From the NCBI GenBank assembly GCA_012862495.1, contig BLSG01000154.1, positions 148,261-186,818 of the forward strand: DNA of 38,558 bases, written 5' to 3'. A program made the position numbers and the translations under genes. Origin of the DNA: Thraustochytrium aureum (lineage: Eukaryota). Below the pieces are notes generated by a model. That model worked only from the letters and a program-made list of their open reading frames with translations, had not been told where the DNA came from and did no database searches. The stretch's first letter is position 1. Each line of letters opens with the position of its first letter. This document shows, in pieces, positions 10,689-21,271 of this stretch.

Positions 10689-11783
10689 TCATCTATCTAT
10701 CGAGGAGGTGCCCTTGGAGGATGCCGAACGTTGGGGCTCCCTCTTCTGCATCGACGTGAGCGTCTGCATCGCTCGCAAGAGCTGAGCTTTGGTTTGTTCT
10801 AGCTCTTTGCGGAGGCGCGCCTTCTCGGCTTGCTCCACCCCCACCTTGTATTTTGTCACCTTTATCATCGCGTCCAAAAGAGGGGCCTCTTCCTGCGTCC
10901 GAGGGCTGGCCCCCCCTGCGCGAATTCTAGCTCGGGCCTTCTTCAAATCTTCCCAAGCAGCCTCGCATGCGCGCCGGTCATCCTCATCTGGCGACGGCTT
11001 GCCCCCAGATTGTGTTAGGGCGTCTACAAAAGCCATCAGGTGCGCCTCCAATCGGCTGTTCACAAGCATTTGCTCGCTTGCGTTTTGGTTGTGTTGCGAT
11101 GCTTGTCTTGCGCTCGCCCCGTCGCCTCTCGCTGCGCCTTTCTCCTCGAGGTCGGCAGCAACAATCTCGGCACAGGCTACATGGAGACCTTCACACGACT
11201 GGTCTCCTCCTTCAAACTCGACGGCGCTTGCAACGCGCATGTCTTGGTGATCTTTCACTTGGCTCCCAAAGCTCTGGGCTCCGCCTTGGAGCCAAGCCCT
11301 TTCGTTGGCACCTCGCGCAGTCGCCACAACGCGCGCTCCCTCGTTCTGCGCGGCGCTGGGAAGCGCTCTCGCGCTCAGGGGCATGCAAGGCTCCAACCTC
11401 CCGCCCTCCCCTTGATAATAGTCTTCGAGGCGCATGCCTCCGAAGGCGAGATCAGCGAGGACCTCGCTGCTCTGCGACCACGCTCGAGCAGCCGTCCGGC
11501 CGGCGTCGAACCTGCTTGGTGCAGGCGCCCCAGGGGCCACTTGGGCGCGAGAATCGAGCTCCCTTGCGCTCTCGATTCCGCACACCTTGCAAAGCGTGGA
11601 GGCGCAATTGGGGCACGTGTACGCGCTGCCCCGAGCATGCCTCGCGCACCAGGCGCAGACAAACCCCTCCGGGCCCCACGGATTCTTTTGGAGGTCGGTT
11701 GGGGCTGCGCAGTGCGCGCAGAGGACCACGAGCTGTGCCGCGCCCGCCTGCACCATCGCGAGCTGCGCCGCGCCCGCCTGCAT
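10689..11783 (-). CDS. Hypothetical protein with N-terminal 4xCxxC zinc-finger-like region and C-terminal coiled coil
   Basis: 364-aa ATG ORF with CAHC..CAWC..CPNC..CKVC and a C-terminal EQAEKARLRKELEQTKAQLLRAMQTL heptad pattern. Head-to-head with the kinesin gene. Confidence 0.6.
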   Translation of the reverse strand: MQAGAAQLAMVQAGAAQLVVLCAHCAAPTDLQKNPWGPEGFVCAWCARHARGSAYTCPNCASTLCKVCGIESARELDSRAQVAPGAPAPSRFDAGRTAARAWSQSSEVLADLAFGGMRLEDYYQGEGGRLEPCMPLSARALPSAAQNEGARVVATARGANERAWLQGGAQSFGSQVKDHQDMRVASAVEFEGGDQSCEGLHVACAEIVAADLEEKGAARGDGASARQASQHNQNASEQMLVNSRLEAHLMAFVDALTQSGGKPSPDEDDRRACEAAWEDLKKARARIRAGGASPRTQEEAPLLDAMIKVTKYKVGVEQAEKARLRKELEQTKAQLLRAMQTLTSMQKREPQRSASSKGTSSIDR

Positions 11784-12139
11784 TACTCAGTAGCTCGCTC
11801 GGCTGCCGGCCTGCCCTGGCCCGCGGGGGTCTGTGCGTGCTGCGGCCAAGCGCGTGCGCGAGGGGCATGGCGGCGGGCACGACGGTCGATCGCCGACGGA
11901 TCGATCGTTGTTCGTCGAACGGGCCCAACGGCCATATGCTTGCGAGGAAGGCGAGCCCACTCACTCTGGAGCAGACCATCACCGGCCCGAGGCAGCCAAC
12001 GAGCCGCACGAGAGGGCCCGTGCTTCTGCGGCTCGAGGGAGGAGGGCTGAAAAGGGCCGGCCGCGTGGCCGCGCTGGGCCGTCCGGCCGCCCGTGCGGTG
12101 TGTGCTGGTCTCTGGGCGTAGCGCGCGCTTTGGGCCGCG

Positions 12140-14855
12140 ATGGCGACGCCGCAGAATGGCATCAAGGTCTTCCTGCGCATCAAGCCTACGAAAAAGCCGA
12201 GCGGGTTTCTCACCTTGCTGAAAGACGACCCCCAGCGCATCGAGTTTAACGTGCCGAGCGACGTGGCGGCGACCCACGTCAACAACTCCAAGAGCAACTA
12301 CAAGTTTCGCTTCGATGGCGTCATCGACGTGGACGCCAAGCAGGACGACGTGTTTGACCGGGTCGCGAAGGTAAGCTATGGCTGATTGATTGTGTTTGCG
12401 CCTCAGGGCTGACGAACCGAGCCCACCCCGCGCCTCGGCTTATCAGGACGCGACGATGAACGCGTTGGAGGGCTTTAACGCAACAGTTTTCGCGTACGGC
12501 CAGACGGGGTCCGGCAAGACGTTCACGATCACCGGCGGCGCAGAGCGCTACGTGGACCGCGGTATCATCCCGCGCGCGCTCTCGATGGTGTTTAGTGAGA
12601 TCGAGCGCAGAAGCGACGTCCAGATTACCTGCCACATCTCGTATCTGGAAATATACAACGAGAACGGGTACGACCTCCTGGACCCCTCGCACGAGTCCAA
12701 GGGGCTCGAAGACCTCCCAAAGGTGGCCTTGATGGAGGATGATGACGGCAACGTGCACTTGAAGAACCTTTCCATGCATGTCGCATCCTGCGAGGAGGAC
12801 GCGCTCAACCTGTTGTTTCTCGGGGACACGAACCGCGCCATAAGCGAAACGCCGATGAACTTGGCTTCCTCTCGCTCGCACTGCATTTTTACGATCTCGC
12901 TCGAGATGCGCCAGGCCGGCTCTGACGTAATCCGCCGTTCCAAGCTGCACCTCGTCGATCTGGCAGGCTCTGAGCGCGTGCACAAGACAAACTCGAGCGG
13001 GCAGCTCCTCCGCGAGGCCAAGGCGATCAACTCTTCACTGCACTACCTCGAGATGGTCATCGTTGCGCTGCACGAGCGCAAGACGAAAGGACGGCAGCAC
13101 ATTCCGTACCGAAACAGTATGATGACGAACGTGCTGCGCGACAGCTTGGGGGGCAATTGCAAGACGAGCATGATCGCCACGGTAAGCGCAGAAAAGTACA
13201 ACACGGAGGAGAGCATTGCGACGTGCCGCTTCGCGCAGCGCGTGGCGCTCGTTGAAAACGACGCGCTTGTCAACGAAGAGATCGACCCGACGATGATTAT
13301 TAAGCGGCTGAAAGCGGAAGTCGCGGCGCTCAAAGAGGAGGTTGCCTTCCTCAAAGGGGAGCGCAACGCGGACGCCGAGGGGGCTGGTGACCGAATTGAC
13401 TCGCTCGAGCGGAAGAGGTTAGAAGCCCTCATTGAAGACTGGGTTCTCGAGCGCGGCTCGAGTGCTGAAGAGTCAAAGTTTGGCGGGGGCGGTGGAGAGG
13501 AGAGCAAGACCGGGGGTCTTGAGCACAGCGACAAACTCCATCCTGGCCCGCTCACGTTTGAACGCATCCACACATGCTTTGAAATTCTACGCAAGCTCGC
13601 TCATCGCGGCGCCTCTGGCCGCGGCTTGGCGAGCGGCGACGGAGGCGAGCCTTCAAACCAAGGGATGAGCGGGAGTGCGGATCTCGTTGCTCAGCTTAAG
13701 CAGCAAATTCACCAACGCGACAACGAGATCGCCATCCTCGTCAACATGGTGCGGCAGGGCAAGGCCGGAGGCGCTGGTGTCAACGTTGCAGCTGGCTCGA
13801 TTCACCCCGGTCCTGGTCGTCCGACGCCGGGTCGCGACAGCGTGCCTCCCAACATGGATACGCGCGCCGAGGTTGATCAGCGACAAGCGGAGCGTCACGG
13901 GCCCCGCGACGGCCTGGGCCAATCGGTTGGCGTGCAGCCTCAGCGCGCAGTCGCTCCTGTCCCCCCCAGCGAAGTGTTGGCTGACAAGCAGCGCTCCCTG
14001 GAGCACTTTAAGCAGTACTATCCGCAGCTCAAGGCCATCAACGAAAACAAGCGCATACTCAAGGACAAGTATGCGCTCGCAAAGCAAACCGGCGAGCGCG
14101 TCAACGCTGCGCGCGGGGAGATAAACCGCCTCAAGTCGGAGATCGAGCAGGTTCGAGCCCAGGCCGCCATGCACGACCTTGTCGCGGAAGGCGAAGGCAA
14201 GGACAGCGACGAGGAGAAGCATGAGCGCGCTGTCCGGGAGCAGGAAGAGGCATCTCGCATGCGAGAGATCGAACGGTACAAGACCGAGTACAAGCAATAC
14301 TTTCAGACGCTGAAAGACCTGAAGCGCGAGATCGAGCGCATTCAAGCGCTACTCGGCACGAGCAGGGTCAAGATGCAGAAAGACTTTGAGTCCTGGTACG
14401 CCGTGGTGCTTCGTCAAGGTCTCGGCGAGGAGGCAACTGGGGGCGTGGGTTTGGGCCAACAGCATGAGCGCGGCCATCCGGCTCGTCTCGACAGCGCGCC
14501 TGAGAACAGTCCGGTGCCGGCGGGTCGGACCTGGTCTAGCTTGCCGACCCCGAGTCGCTCAGCTCATGGCGGCAGCGGTATTGTCCCTGGCAAGCTTGTC
14601 GCGGTCGCGAACGTCGCCCCTGCTCCTCAGGCAGACGACATGCGAAGTGAGGAGCAGGACCGCGTCCGCAAAGGTTTGTCGCCGTCGAAGCGTTCTGGGT
14701 CGAACAGTTTTGCATTTGGACGAGAGAGCCCTGCTTTGGTGGCTCCACCTGCCTCGGACGCCATTCCGCTCACAGGCAACCAGGAAGCGGACGCCGATAT
14801 TTTGGCGTTCTACCAGGCCAAGGATCAGCTGCTGCGTCGCTCTCGACTCAAATAG
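12140..14855 (+). CDS. KIF6: Kinesin-9 family motor protein (KIF6-like); exons 12140-12370 and 12447-14855
   Basis: IKVFLRIKP, P-loop FAYGQTGSGKTFTITGGAERYVDRGIIPR, SSRSH, LVDLAGSER, HIPYRNS. C-terminal LTGNQEADADILAF resembles the KIF6 tail. Phase-0 intron 12371-12446 (GTAAGC...TATCAG). Confidence 0.92.
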
Positions 14856-15742
14856 TAATAAGCCCACAGCGAGAATCAGTCCATCGAAAGTCAATTTTCG
14901 TGCATGTCCAAGGGCTGTCCAGGACCTCAGGCGGTCACCGACGGATGCGCAGTCCACGTCGAGGCCTTTCGCAATCAATGAGGAACCTTGATGTGTGGCC
15001 GCAAGGCGGGCGCGCCAACACTTGCCCAGAAGTAGCTTTCCCTCGATGCGAGAGTGGATTCCGCCTTTGCATGCAGCCCGACACGCCGCGTCACATGAAG
15101 GACCTCGTGTCGTCACGTCACAGCACCAATCCAGACAGTCTTGGCCGCGAGTGTGCATGTGTGCGGCGCGGATGCTATCCGGTGAGAGAGCAACGGCTAT
15201 TTTTTTTCTCTGGGAGAACTGGTGCGCAGGACCATTGATGGACTCGCGTGTCGCAACCGCTGCAAAAGCAAGCAGAAAATGGACTTGTTCTTCCTCCCAC
15301 GCTGTTGGGCGTTGCACAGGCAGGAATACTCCGCAAACTATGATGCAGCTAGAGCCAGTCTGCCACACCAGGTTCCAGAGCAAAACGTGCAGATCGCCCT
15401 GGACTGCGTCCACCCACGCACGTTGCCAGTCCGAGCGTGCGTTTTCCTCTCATCGGCGCTCCTGGCACGTTCAAGCCACGAGCAAAGCAAGTAGCGGTCA
15501 GAAAAGGCGAGTCCACTTTGGCGGACGGCGCCACGGCACCGGCAGACCCGACTGCCAAGAGTGCTCGCAGGACTCCGTTGGAGGACAACAGAGCTCGGCA
15601 GCAGCAGACCACCGAAGAGCGCGCGCTTGGCCAGCGGTGCAGAACTTTCGGGTCGACGCGGAAAGCGAACGCACTCCAGGCGCAGGTCACGGCGCGCGCG
15701 TGGTGGGCAACGAGCGTTCACGCCCAGCGGCTGGTGGACAAG

Positions 15743-17539
15743 ATGGCACTCTTCAATCGGTCAAGGCGGCCAAACATGAGCAAGGAAGAGATGGGCGTCA
15801 TAACGAGGCACGGTCTCCTCGCGCACGGGACCAAGCCAAACCCCTTTGTGTCGCCAGCGTCGTACATCAGCCACAGCGGGACCGAAACCGCTAAAGGGCA
15901 GCGCAACCTGGAGCAAATGTGCCAGGAGTGGACAGCAGAGCAAATCAGCAAAGCCATTGAGGAGGAAAACCGTCCGTGCAGCGTGTTTGGGCCGCACAAA
16001 CCGCGGATTGGGTCGTCGACCCCGCTCGCCGCACTCCTCCTCGAGATGGAAAAGGGCCGAATTCCAAGCGACATGCTGATGTGCAGCGTTAACGAAGGCG
16101 CGATCGGGAGCAAAAAGTGCTTCAACATCAGCTCGGGCGAATTTTCTTCGAGCAACATTGGGCCAACGCTGCGCAGGAGCCCGAAGGCCGCGATGGCGCT
16201 GCGGCCGTCCGTGGAACTCAGAAACAACACGATAGCTTTCTCTGCCTTGCGTGCCAAACACGTGCTGGGCCCGGAGCACATTCACTTGCCACGCTCACTT
16301 CAAACCGTGGAGCTAGCTGGCAGCTTTGCTGGAGACGGCGACGCTGGGAGCGAGTTCCAGTACGACGACGGCGAGGAGACCGAGGCGGCAGCTGTTCGGT
16401 TTGGGCACTCTAGCAACGCGACCAGCGAGGACCAGCGTCCCGGGAGCGCAAGGAGGCCCGGGCGCGTTGAGGCAACAAAGTCCAAGCTCCAAAACCTTGC
16501 GTTGGACGAGGACTGGCTCGACGCCAAGATTCAGTCGGCCCTCGATGCCATGATGGAGGAGCGAGACGCGCAGGAATCAAAGCTAGCGCAGGTCGTCAAC
16601 AAAGCGAACAGCGCCATTGAGGCCCTTGTAGAGGAAAAGAGCTTTAGGCGCCAGCAGGAGGAGATTGCAAGGCTTGAGGCCGAGCTCGCCGCGTTCAACC
16701 GGTCCCAGCAACAGTCGAGTGAGACGTATCCTCGAGAGTCAATGGCAACGCTCGCGCTGGAGTCGCGCCTGCGCGCGAAATCGCCGCGACGCATGCGAGA
16801 GGCAACGCAGCAAACCGCGGGGTCGCGGCGCAGCCAAGCTGCGGCTGTCCGTCGCCTTCAAGAAAATCGCTTGCACCGGGAGATTGAGGCGCTTGACGCA
16901 CAACTCGCGGACGCGCAGTCGATTGTGTCGTCTTCGGAGTCGTCGTTCGCCGACGATGAGGAGAGCTCCGACCTCGCCTATGAGCACGACCCCGTCTACG
17001 AAACGGAGCGGGCGCCCGCATCTGGAGCAAGGCGAGCTCGGGGGGCGGAGACCGGCCGAGCCGACGAGGAAGAAACGAGATTTGTGCTCGACTCGCTCAA
17101 GAAGCAAATCGAGACGCTCGAGCGGAGGTTGTCGGCAGACAGCGCGAGTCGAGCCCACGGAAGCGGCGCGCGCACGGTCTTTTCCCAGCCTGGCGACGAT
17201 TCTTCGGGGTCAGGGCTCGAGGAAGCCAAGTTCGAGCCAGAGATTGAGCCTCGCCCGCAATGGGCAAGGCGCAAGTATGCGCAGGAGGACGAGGACAGCG
17301 CGGACGAGGAGGAGGCCAAGGTTGACCACCATGAGCAGACTGAGGAGCTCGGCCGAGTGCTGCGGCGGCTGCGACCGTCGTTAAAGTCGCTCTCCCCTGT
17401 GGTGACGGCAGTGCGAGACATCGTCACAGAGTTGAAATCACCGCGGCGTTCCCCTCGGACCAGCTCGCCGCGCGGCTGGAAGAACAGGTCGCACGAGATG
17501 TCAGAGTTGAGCTATGGTCGGTCTGTGTTGTCTCCGTGA
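15743..17539 (+). CDS. Hypothetical coiled-coil / low-complexity protein
   Basis: Long open frame (open from 15437, first ATG 15743) with coding-like codon use, coiled-coil stretches (RRQQEEIARLEAELAAF, LDSLKKQIETLERRL) and acidic tracts. No recognised domain; start uncertain. Confidence 0.65.
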   Translation: MALFNRSRRPNMSKEEMGVITRHGLLAHGTKPNPFVSPASYISHSGTETAKGQRNLEQMCQEWTAEQISKAIEEENRPCSVFGPHKPRIGSSTPLAALLLEMEKGRIPSDMLMCSVNEGAIGSKKCFNISSGEFSSSNIGPTLRRSPKAAMALRPSVELRNNTIAFSALRAKHVLGPEHIHLPRSLQTVELAGSFAGDGDAGSEFQYDDGEETEAAAVRFGHSSNATSEDQRPGSARRPGRVEATKSKLQNLALDEDWLDAKIQSALDAMMEERDAQESKLAQVVNKANSAIEALVEEKSFRRQQEEIARLEAELAAFNRSQQQSSETYPRESMATLALESRLRAKSPRRMREATQQTAGSRRSQAAAVRRLQENRLHREIEALDAQLADAQSIVSSSESSFADDEESSDLAYEHDPVYETERAPASGARRARGAETGRADEEETRFVLDSLKKQIETLERRLSADSASRAHGSGARTVFSQPGDDSSGSGLEEAKFEPEIEPRPQWARRKYAQEDEDSADEEEAKVDHHEQTEELGRVLRRLRPSLKSLSPVVTAVRDIVTELKSPRRSPRTSSPRGWKNRSHEMSELSYGRSVLSP

Positions 17540-18167
17540 TTGGCTGTCTCCACCGCACCCTGGAGTAGGTACGAAGTGCCCTAGCTAGAGAGTAGAGGAG
17601 TACGTACTCGTTTTTCTTCCCCGCCGGTTTGTTGAGGTTGCGCTGGCCCGTGCAGGAGCCGGATCATGCTCGGCAGTCGCCCCGCGCGAGATGAGTGGGT
17701 GGCTCAGAAGATGCGTTCGCTTTCGAGCGCGGCCACCGTGACGGGGAGGGAGGCGGGCCGTCTCGGAACGAGATCTTGCGCGTCAGTGTGCACCGAGTTG
17801 GGACGTTGGCTCGTTCTTGTCCCTCTCTGACGACTCTCCAGTCTCTCCTCTGCAGTGCAATGGAGACTCTGAAGAGTGCGCTTTGCACTTCGCTACGTTC
17901 ACTTCCTCTCTGCAGATTGTGACCTGCCGATGCTGCCATGCCAGGCGTTGGCAGCCAGCCAAATCCATCTGCCAGCGCACGGACAGGCGCAAGCGAGCGG
18001 AAGTATACCGGACCAACGGCGCAAGTGGTAGCTACCGCGCCGAAACTCGCGCTGCCCTGCAAGCGCCCTTTCGAGCGAGCGTTGGTTTGCCAACCGCGAG
18101 CGACTCGGACCTCGTCCCGTCTCCTCCTCTCCTCGGCTTTCTTCTGATTGAGCGAGCAGAAACTCGC

Positions 18168-18186
18168 ATGGATGGATGGATGGATG
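18168..18186. repeat. (ATGG)n microsatellite
   Basis: atggatggatggatggatg about 90 nt upstream of the EGF-7TM start. Confidence 0.7.
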
Positions 18187-18273
18187 CACACGGGACAGAC
18201 CCGAAACGCCGTTGCCCCCCGCGACGCGGAGAGGGCCGGCGCAGACAGGCGGGTCGCGGCTAGGACGCGCACC

Positions 18274-19431
18274 ATGTGCGACGCTGCCTTGTGCGAGCGC
18301 GAACTCTGGGCTGGAGCGAGCGGGCGCTGCGTGAACGGTTCATGCGTCTGCCCGCCCGGGTTTTCGGGCCGCGGCGACTGGCAATTCTTCAACGCCTGCC
18401 AAGTAAACGAGAGCCTCAGACGATGGCTGAACGCAGCAGCCCTCGCGTTGTCCGGCCTCACCTTTCTGTACACCAGCGGGCTGCTCGTATGCTCGCTCCG
18501 CCGGTGGGGGTACTTTCCTTGCTGCTCGGTTCGAGGTGCGGGCGACGCTGGGGCGCCCGGTACACAAGCAAACGATGACGATCGCAAGCGGCGCGTTTTA
18601 CGCCAAGACCTAGCCATCGCTCTGCTCGTGATGCAGGTTTACGGCTTAAGCGGCGTGTTCTACTTTGGAAGGAGCTTGGGCGGCGCTGTGCGGTACGATG
18701 ACAACCCGTCGCAAGACATCGCCCTGGCCGTCGCTGCGATTGCGATTTTCGTCTCGCTCTGGTCCGTCGCGCGAATCTGGTTTCGCAGTCTCCCGCCTTT
18801 GCGCATGTATTTGCGCCTCTTCGATTTAGAAGGGCGGCCTTTGGCATACTGGCCCCGTGTGGTGCAGTCCGTCTCACGCCTGCTTGTTGCTGTCATGACA
18901 GTCGCGTCTGTCACGCTGCTTGTTATCCTCCCCAGGCAAAGCCCAGAGCTCCGGCAGCTAAGCGACACAATATTCCTCGCAATGTGCACAGTGTTTGTGC
19001 TCTGCTTTGTACTCCTCTTCACTGCCGTCTGCCACGTTCTAAACAGGGTATTCGACGAGCTCTCCAAGGTCCAACGCGATGTCGAGGCTTCCGAGCGGTC
19101 CGCCCAAGTGCGGAATGCTCGGTCCACGATCCGCATCATGCTTGTAGTCGTCTACACATGTTCGCCGCTTGGCGCTGGCTTCTTCATCTTTCTCGCTGTA
19201 TCTGGGAACGCCCGGATGCAGAGCTACATTTTTGTGCCTATCACAGCAGTGCTAGCGATGATTGGAGCCATGTGCTCTGCCCACGTTCTGGTGCAGCGCT
19301 TGCGGTCTGGCAGTGGATGTAAGGGCTCGCGAGGCGCGTCGAAAGGTGATGAATCAGGGCAGGTTGATGTGGGCAGAAGCGAGATGGGTTTGTCTAATGA
19401 CTTCACTGACGTCGGCCATCCGAACTTGTGA
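18274..19431 (+). CDS. Seven-transmembrane (GPCR-like topology) protein with N-terminal EGF-like domain
   Basis: ACCATG start. GRCVNGSCVCPPGFSGRGDW..NAC EGF-like pattern with NGS and NES sequons, then seven hydrophobic segments and a short polar tail. Confidence 0.75.
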   Translation: MCDAALCERELWAGASGRCVNGSCVCPPGFSGRGDWQFFNACQVNESLRRWLNAAALALSGLTFLYTSGLLVCSLRRWGYFPCCSVRGAGDAGAPGTQANDDDRKRRVLRQDLAIALLVMQVYGLSGVFYFGRSLGGAVRYDDNPSQDIALAVAAIAIFVSLWSVARIWFRSLPPLRMYLRLFDLEGRPLAYWPRVVQSVSRLLVAVMTVASVTLLVILPRQSPELRQLSDTIFLAMCTVFVLCFVLLFTAVCHVLNRVFDELSKVQRDVEASERSAQVRNARSTIRIMLVVVYTCSPLGAGFFIFLAVSGNARMQSYIFVPITAVLAMIGAMCSAHVLVQRLRSGSGCKGSRGASKGDESGQVDVGRSEMGLSNDFTDVGHPNL

Positions 19432-21271
19432 CGCTGGCTTTGACAAAGAAAGGTGACAACCAAGTGACAACTCGACCGACTATTTTAAAACTACGAGCGT
19501 GGATCGTCGATCCCACACGGCGGCGTTCTCGCCATTCGAGAACGGAAAGGGCGACAAAGCGGTTGGAGTACCATCGACAGCATGGCGACACCATCAGAGA
19601 TGTGGTTTCGGCACGGGTCGTCGTCGAGGTGGGGGATTGGCGTTCCCGCCTGCGGGTCAGCGGGATCCGCGAATCCTCTCCCTTCCCCGACGTTTACGTC
19701 AGCAGCCCCAGTTGCCGCAACGGTGGTTTTGTGGCAAAGTCAAGGAGCAAGATTTCTTTCCAAGCCTAAGCATGGTCAGGCCGAGAGAGGTACGAGCGTC
19801 GTATGTAGAGTAGAAGAAGCAGAGCCCATTTCCAGCCCGAACGTTTGGACCATGCCTCGATCAAGCTGAGCGCGTACCTTTTTGCGAGGTTCTCGATGCG
19901 CAGAAGAACGTTTGGACCCATGTCTCGATCTTTGACCCATGTCTCGATCAAGCTCGAAGCCACCACCAACTCCTTGGCTGCCAGTGACGAATCAAAACGA
20001 AATCACTCTCTCTCTCATTACCTTACCAGATCATCTGACGACGGCGATGTTTGTGGAAAACTCGATCGATCGCATGCGGATGATCTGAATTCAGATCGTC
20101 ATTTCCTTCCGAAGAACAACAACTCAGTGTTGGATGGCTTGGCAGATAGATAGCGTTCCACCAATGGTCATGACCGGCGGGGGGGGCTTGGCGAAACGAA
20201 CCAGGCCGGCCTGCACAGTCAGACTTGCCGATGTCGTTGCTGTTCTTGGTTGGAAGGAAGGAAGGAACGAACGGACCACACAGGCTTCAGGATCTCGGGA
20301 GAGGACGGAGCGCTATGCATCCTGAGTACCGTTTGGGTTTCGGATGCGTACGCACTTCGTCCTGGTATCGTGACAACTCACGGGTTCTGAATCAACTGTT
20401 CTCCGGCTCACTCAGCGCAGGCCCTGTCAAACGAAGCTGTCGAACGAAGCGCGGCTCTACACTGCTCGCAGGGATCTTCTCAGTACTTTGCTGAGATCGC
20501 GCCGAGCACGAGACCAATAATAGAAAATATGTCGCGAGGTGCCAATAATCAACATTTTAAAAAGCTATCTCGCGCTGCATGCCAATAATCATCGGTTTGT
20601 GCTGATCCGTGCGCCTGCCTACAAGCCGACTCATGTTGCCGACAGCGTGCAGAGAGTCCCGCTCGCCGAGTCTCGTGCTGGCAGAGTCAACGTCTACGAC
20701 AAGCTCAGCCAGCGGGATCTTTTCTGCTACATTCAAGCAAGAGTGGGAGAGCCCTGGGAGCTTGCCTCCTTACTACGCGCAACATGATGTGCTGNNNNNN
20801 NNNNNNNNNNNNNNNNNNNNNNNNNNNNNNNNNNNNNNNNNNNNNNNNNNNNNNNNNNNNNNNNNNNNNNNNNNNNNNNNNNNNNNNNNNNNNNNNNNNN
20901 NNNNNNNNNNNNNNNNNNNNNNNNNNNNNNNNNNNNNNNNNNNNNNNNNNNNNNNNNNNNNNNNNNNNNNNNNNNNNNNNNNNNNNNNNNNNNNNNNNNN
21001 NNNNNNNNNNNNNNNNNNNNNNNNNNNNNNNNNNNNNNNNNNNNNNNNNNNNNNNNNNNNNNNNNNNNNNNNNNNNNNNNNNNNNNNNNNNNNNNNNNNN
21101 NNNNNNNNNNNNNNNNNNNNNNNNNNNNNNNNNNNNNNNNNNNNNNNNNNNNNNNNNNNNNNNNNNNNNNNNNNNNNNNNNNNNNNNNNNNNNNNNNNNN
21201 NNNNNNNNNNNNNNNNNNNNNNNNNNNNNNNNNNNNNNNNNNNNNNNNNNNNNNNNNNNNNNNNNNNNNNN

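Noticed and set aside
14856..15742. Several 70-300 aa ORFs on both strands between KIF6 and the coiled-coil gene
   Set aside because: No motifs, atypical composition and mostly non-ATG starts. An upstream exon of the next gene cannot be excluded.
17664..18617. 317-aa minus-strand ORF
   Set aside because: It overlaps the better-supported EGF-7TM gene in antisense and has no recognisable features.
19840..19954. CRISPR-like array
   Set aside because: Only three degenerate copies with irregular or zero spacing, in a eukaryotic context with no cas genes.
20539..20794. Short + strand ORFs before the gap as the methyltransferase N-terminus
   Set aside because: They cannot be linked across the gap and show no supporting motif.
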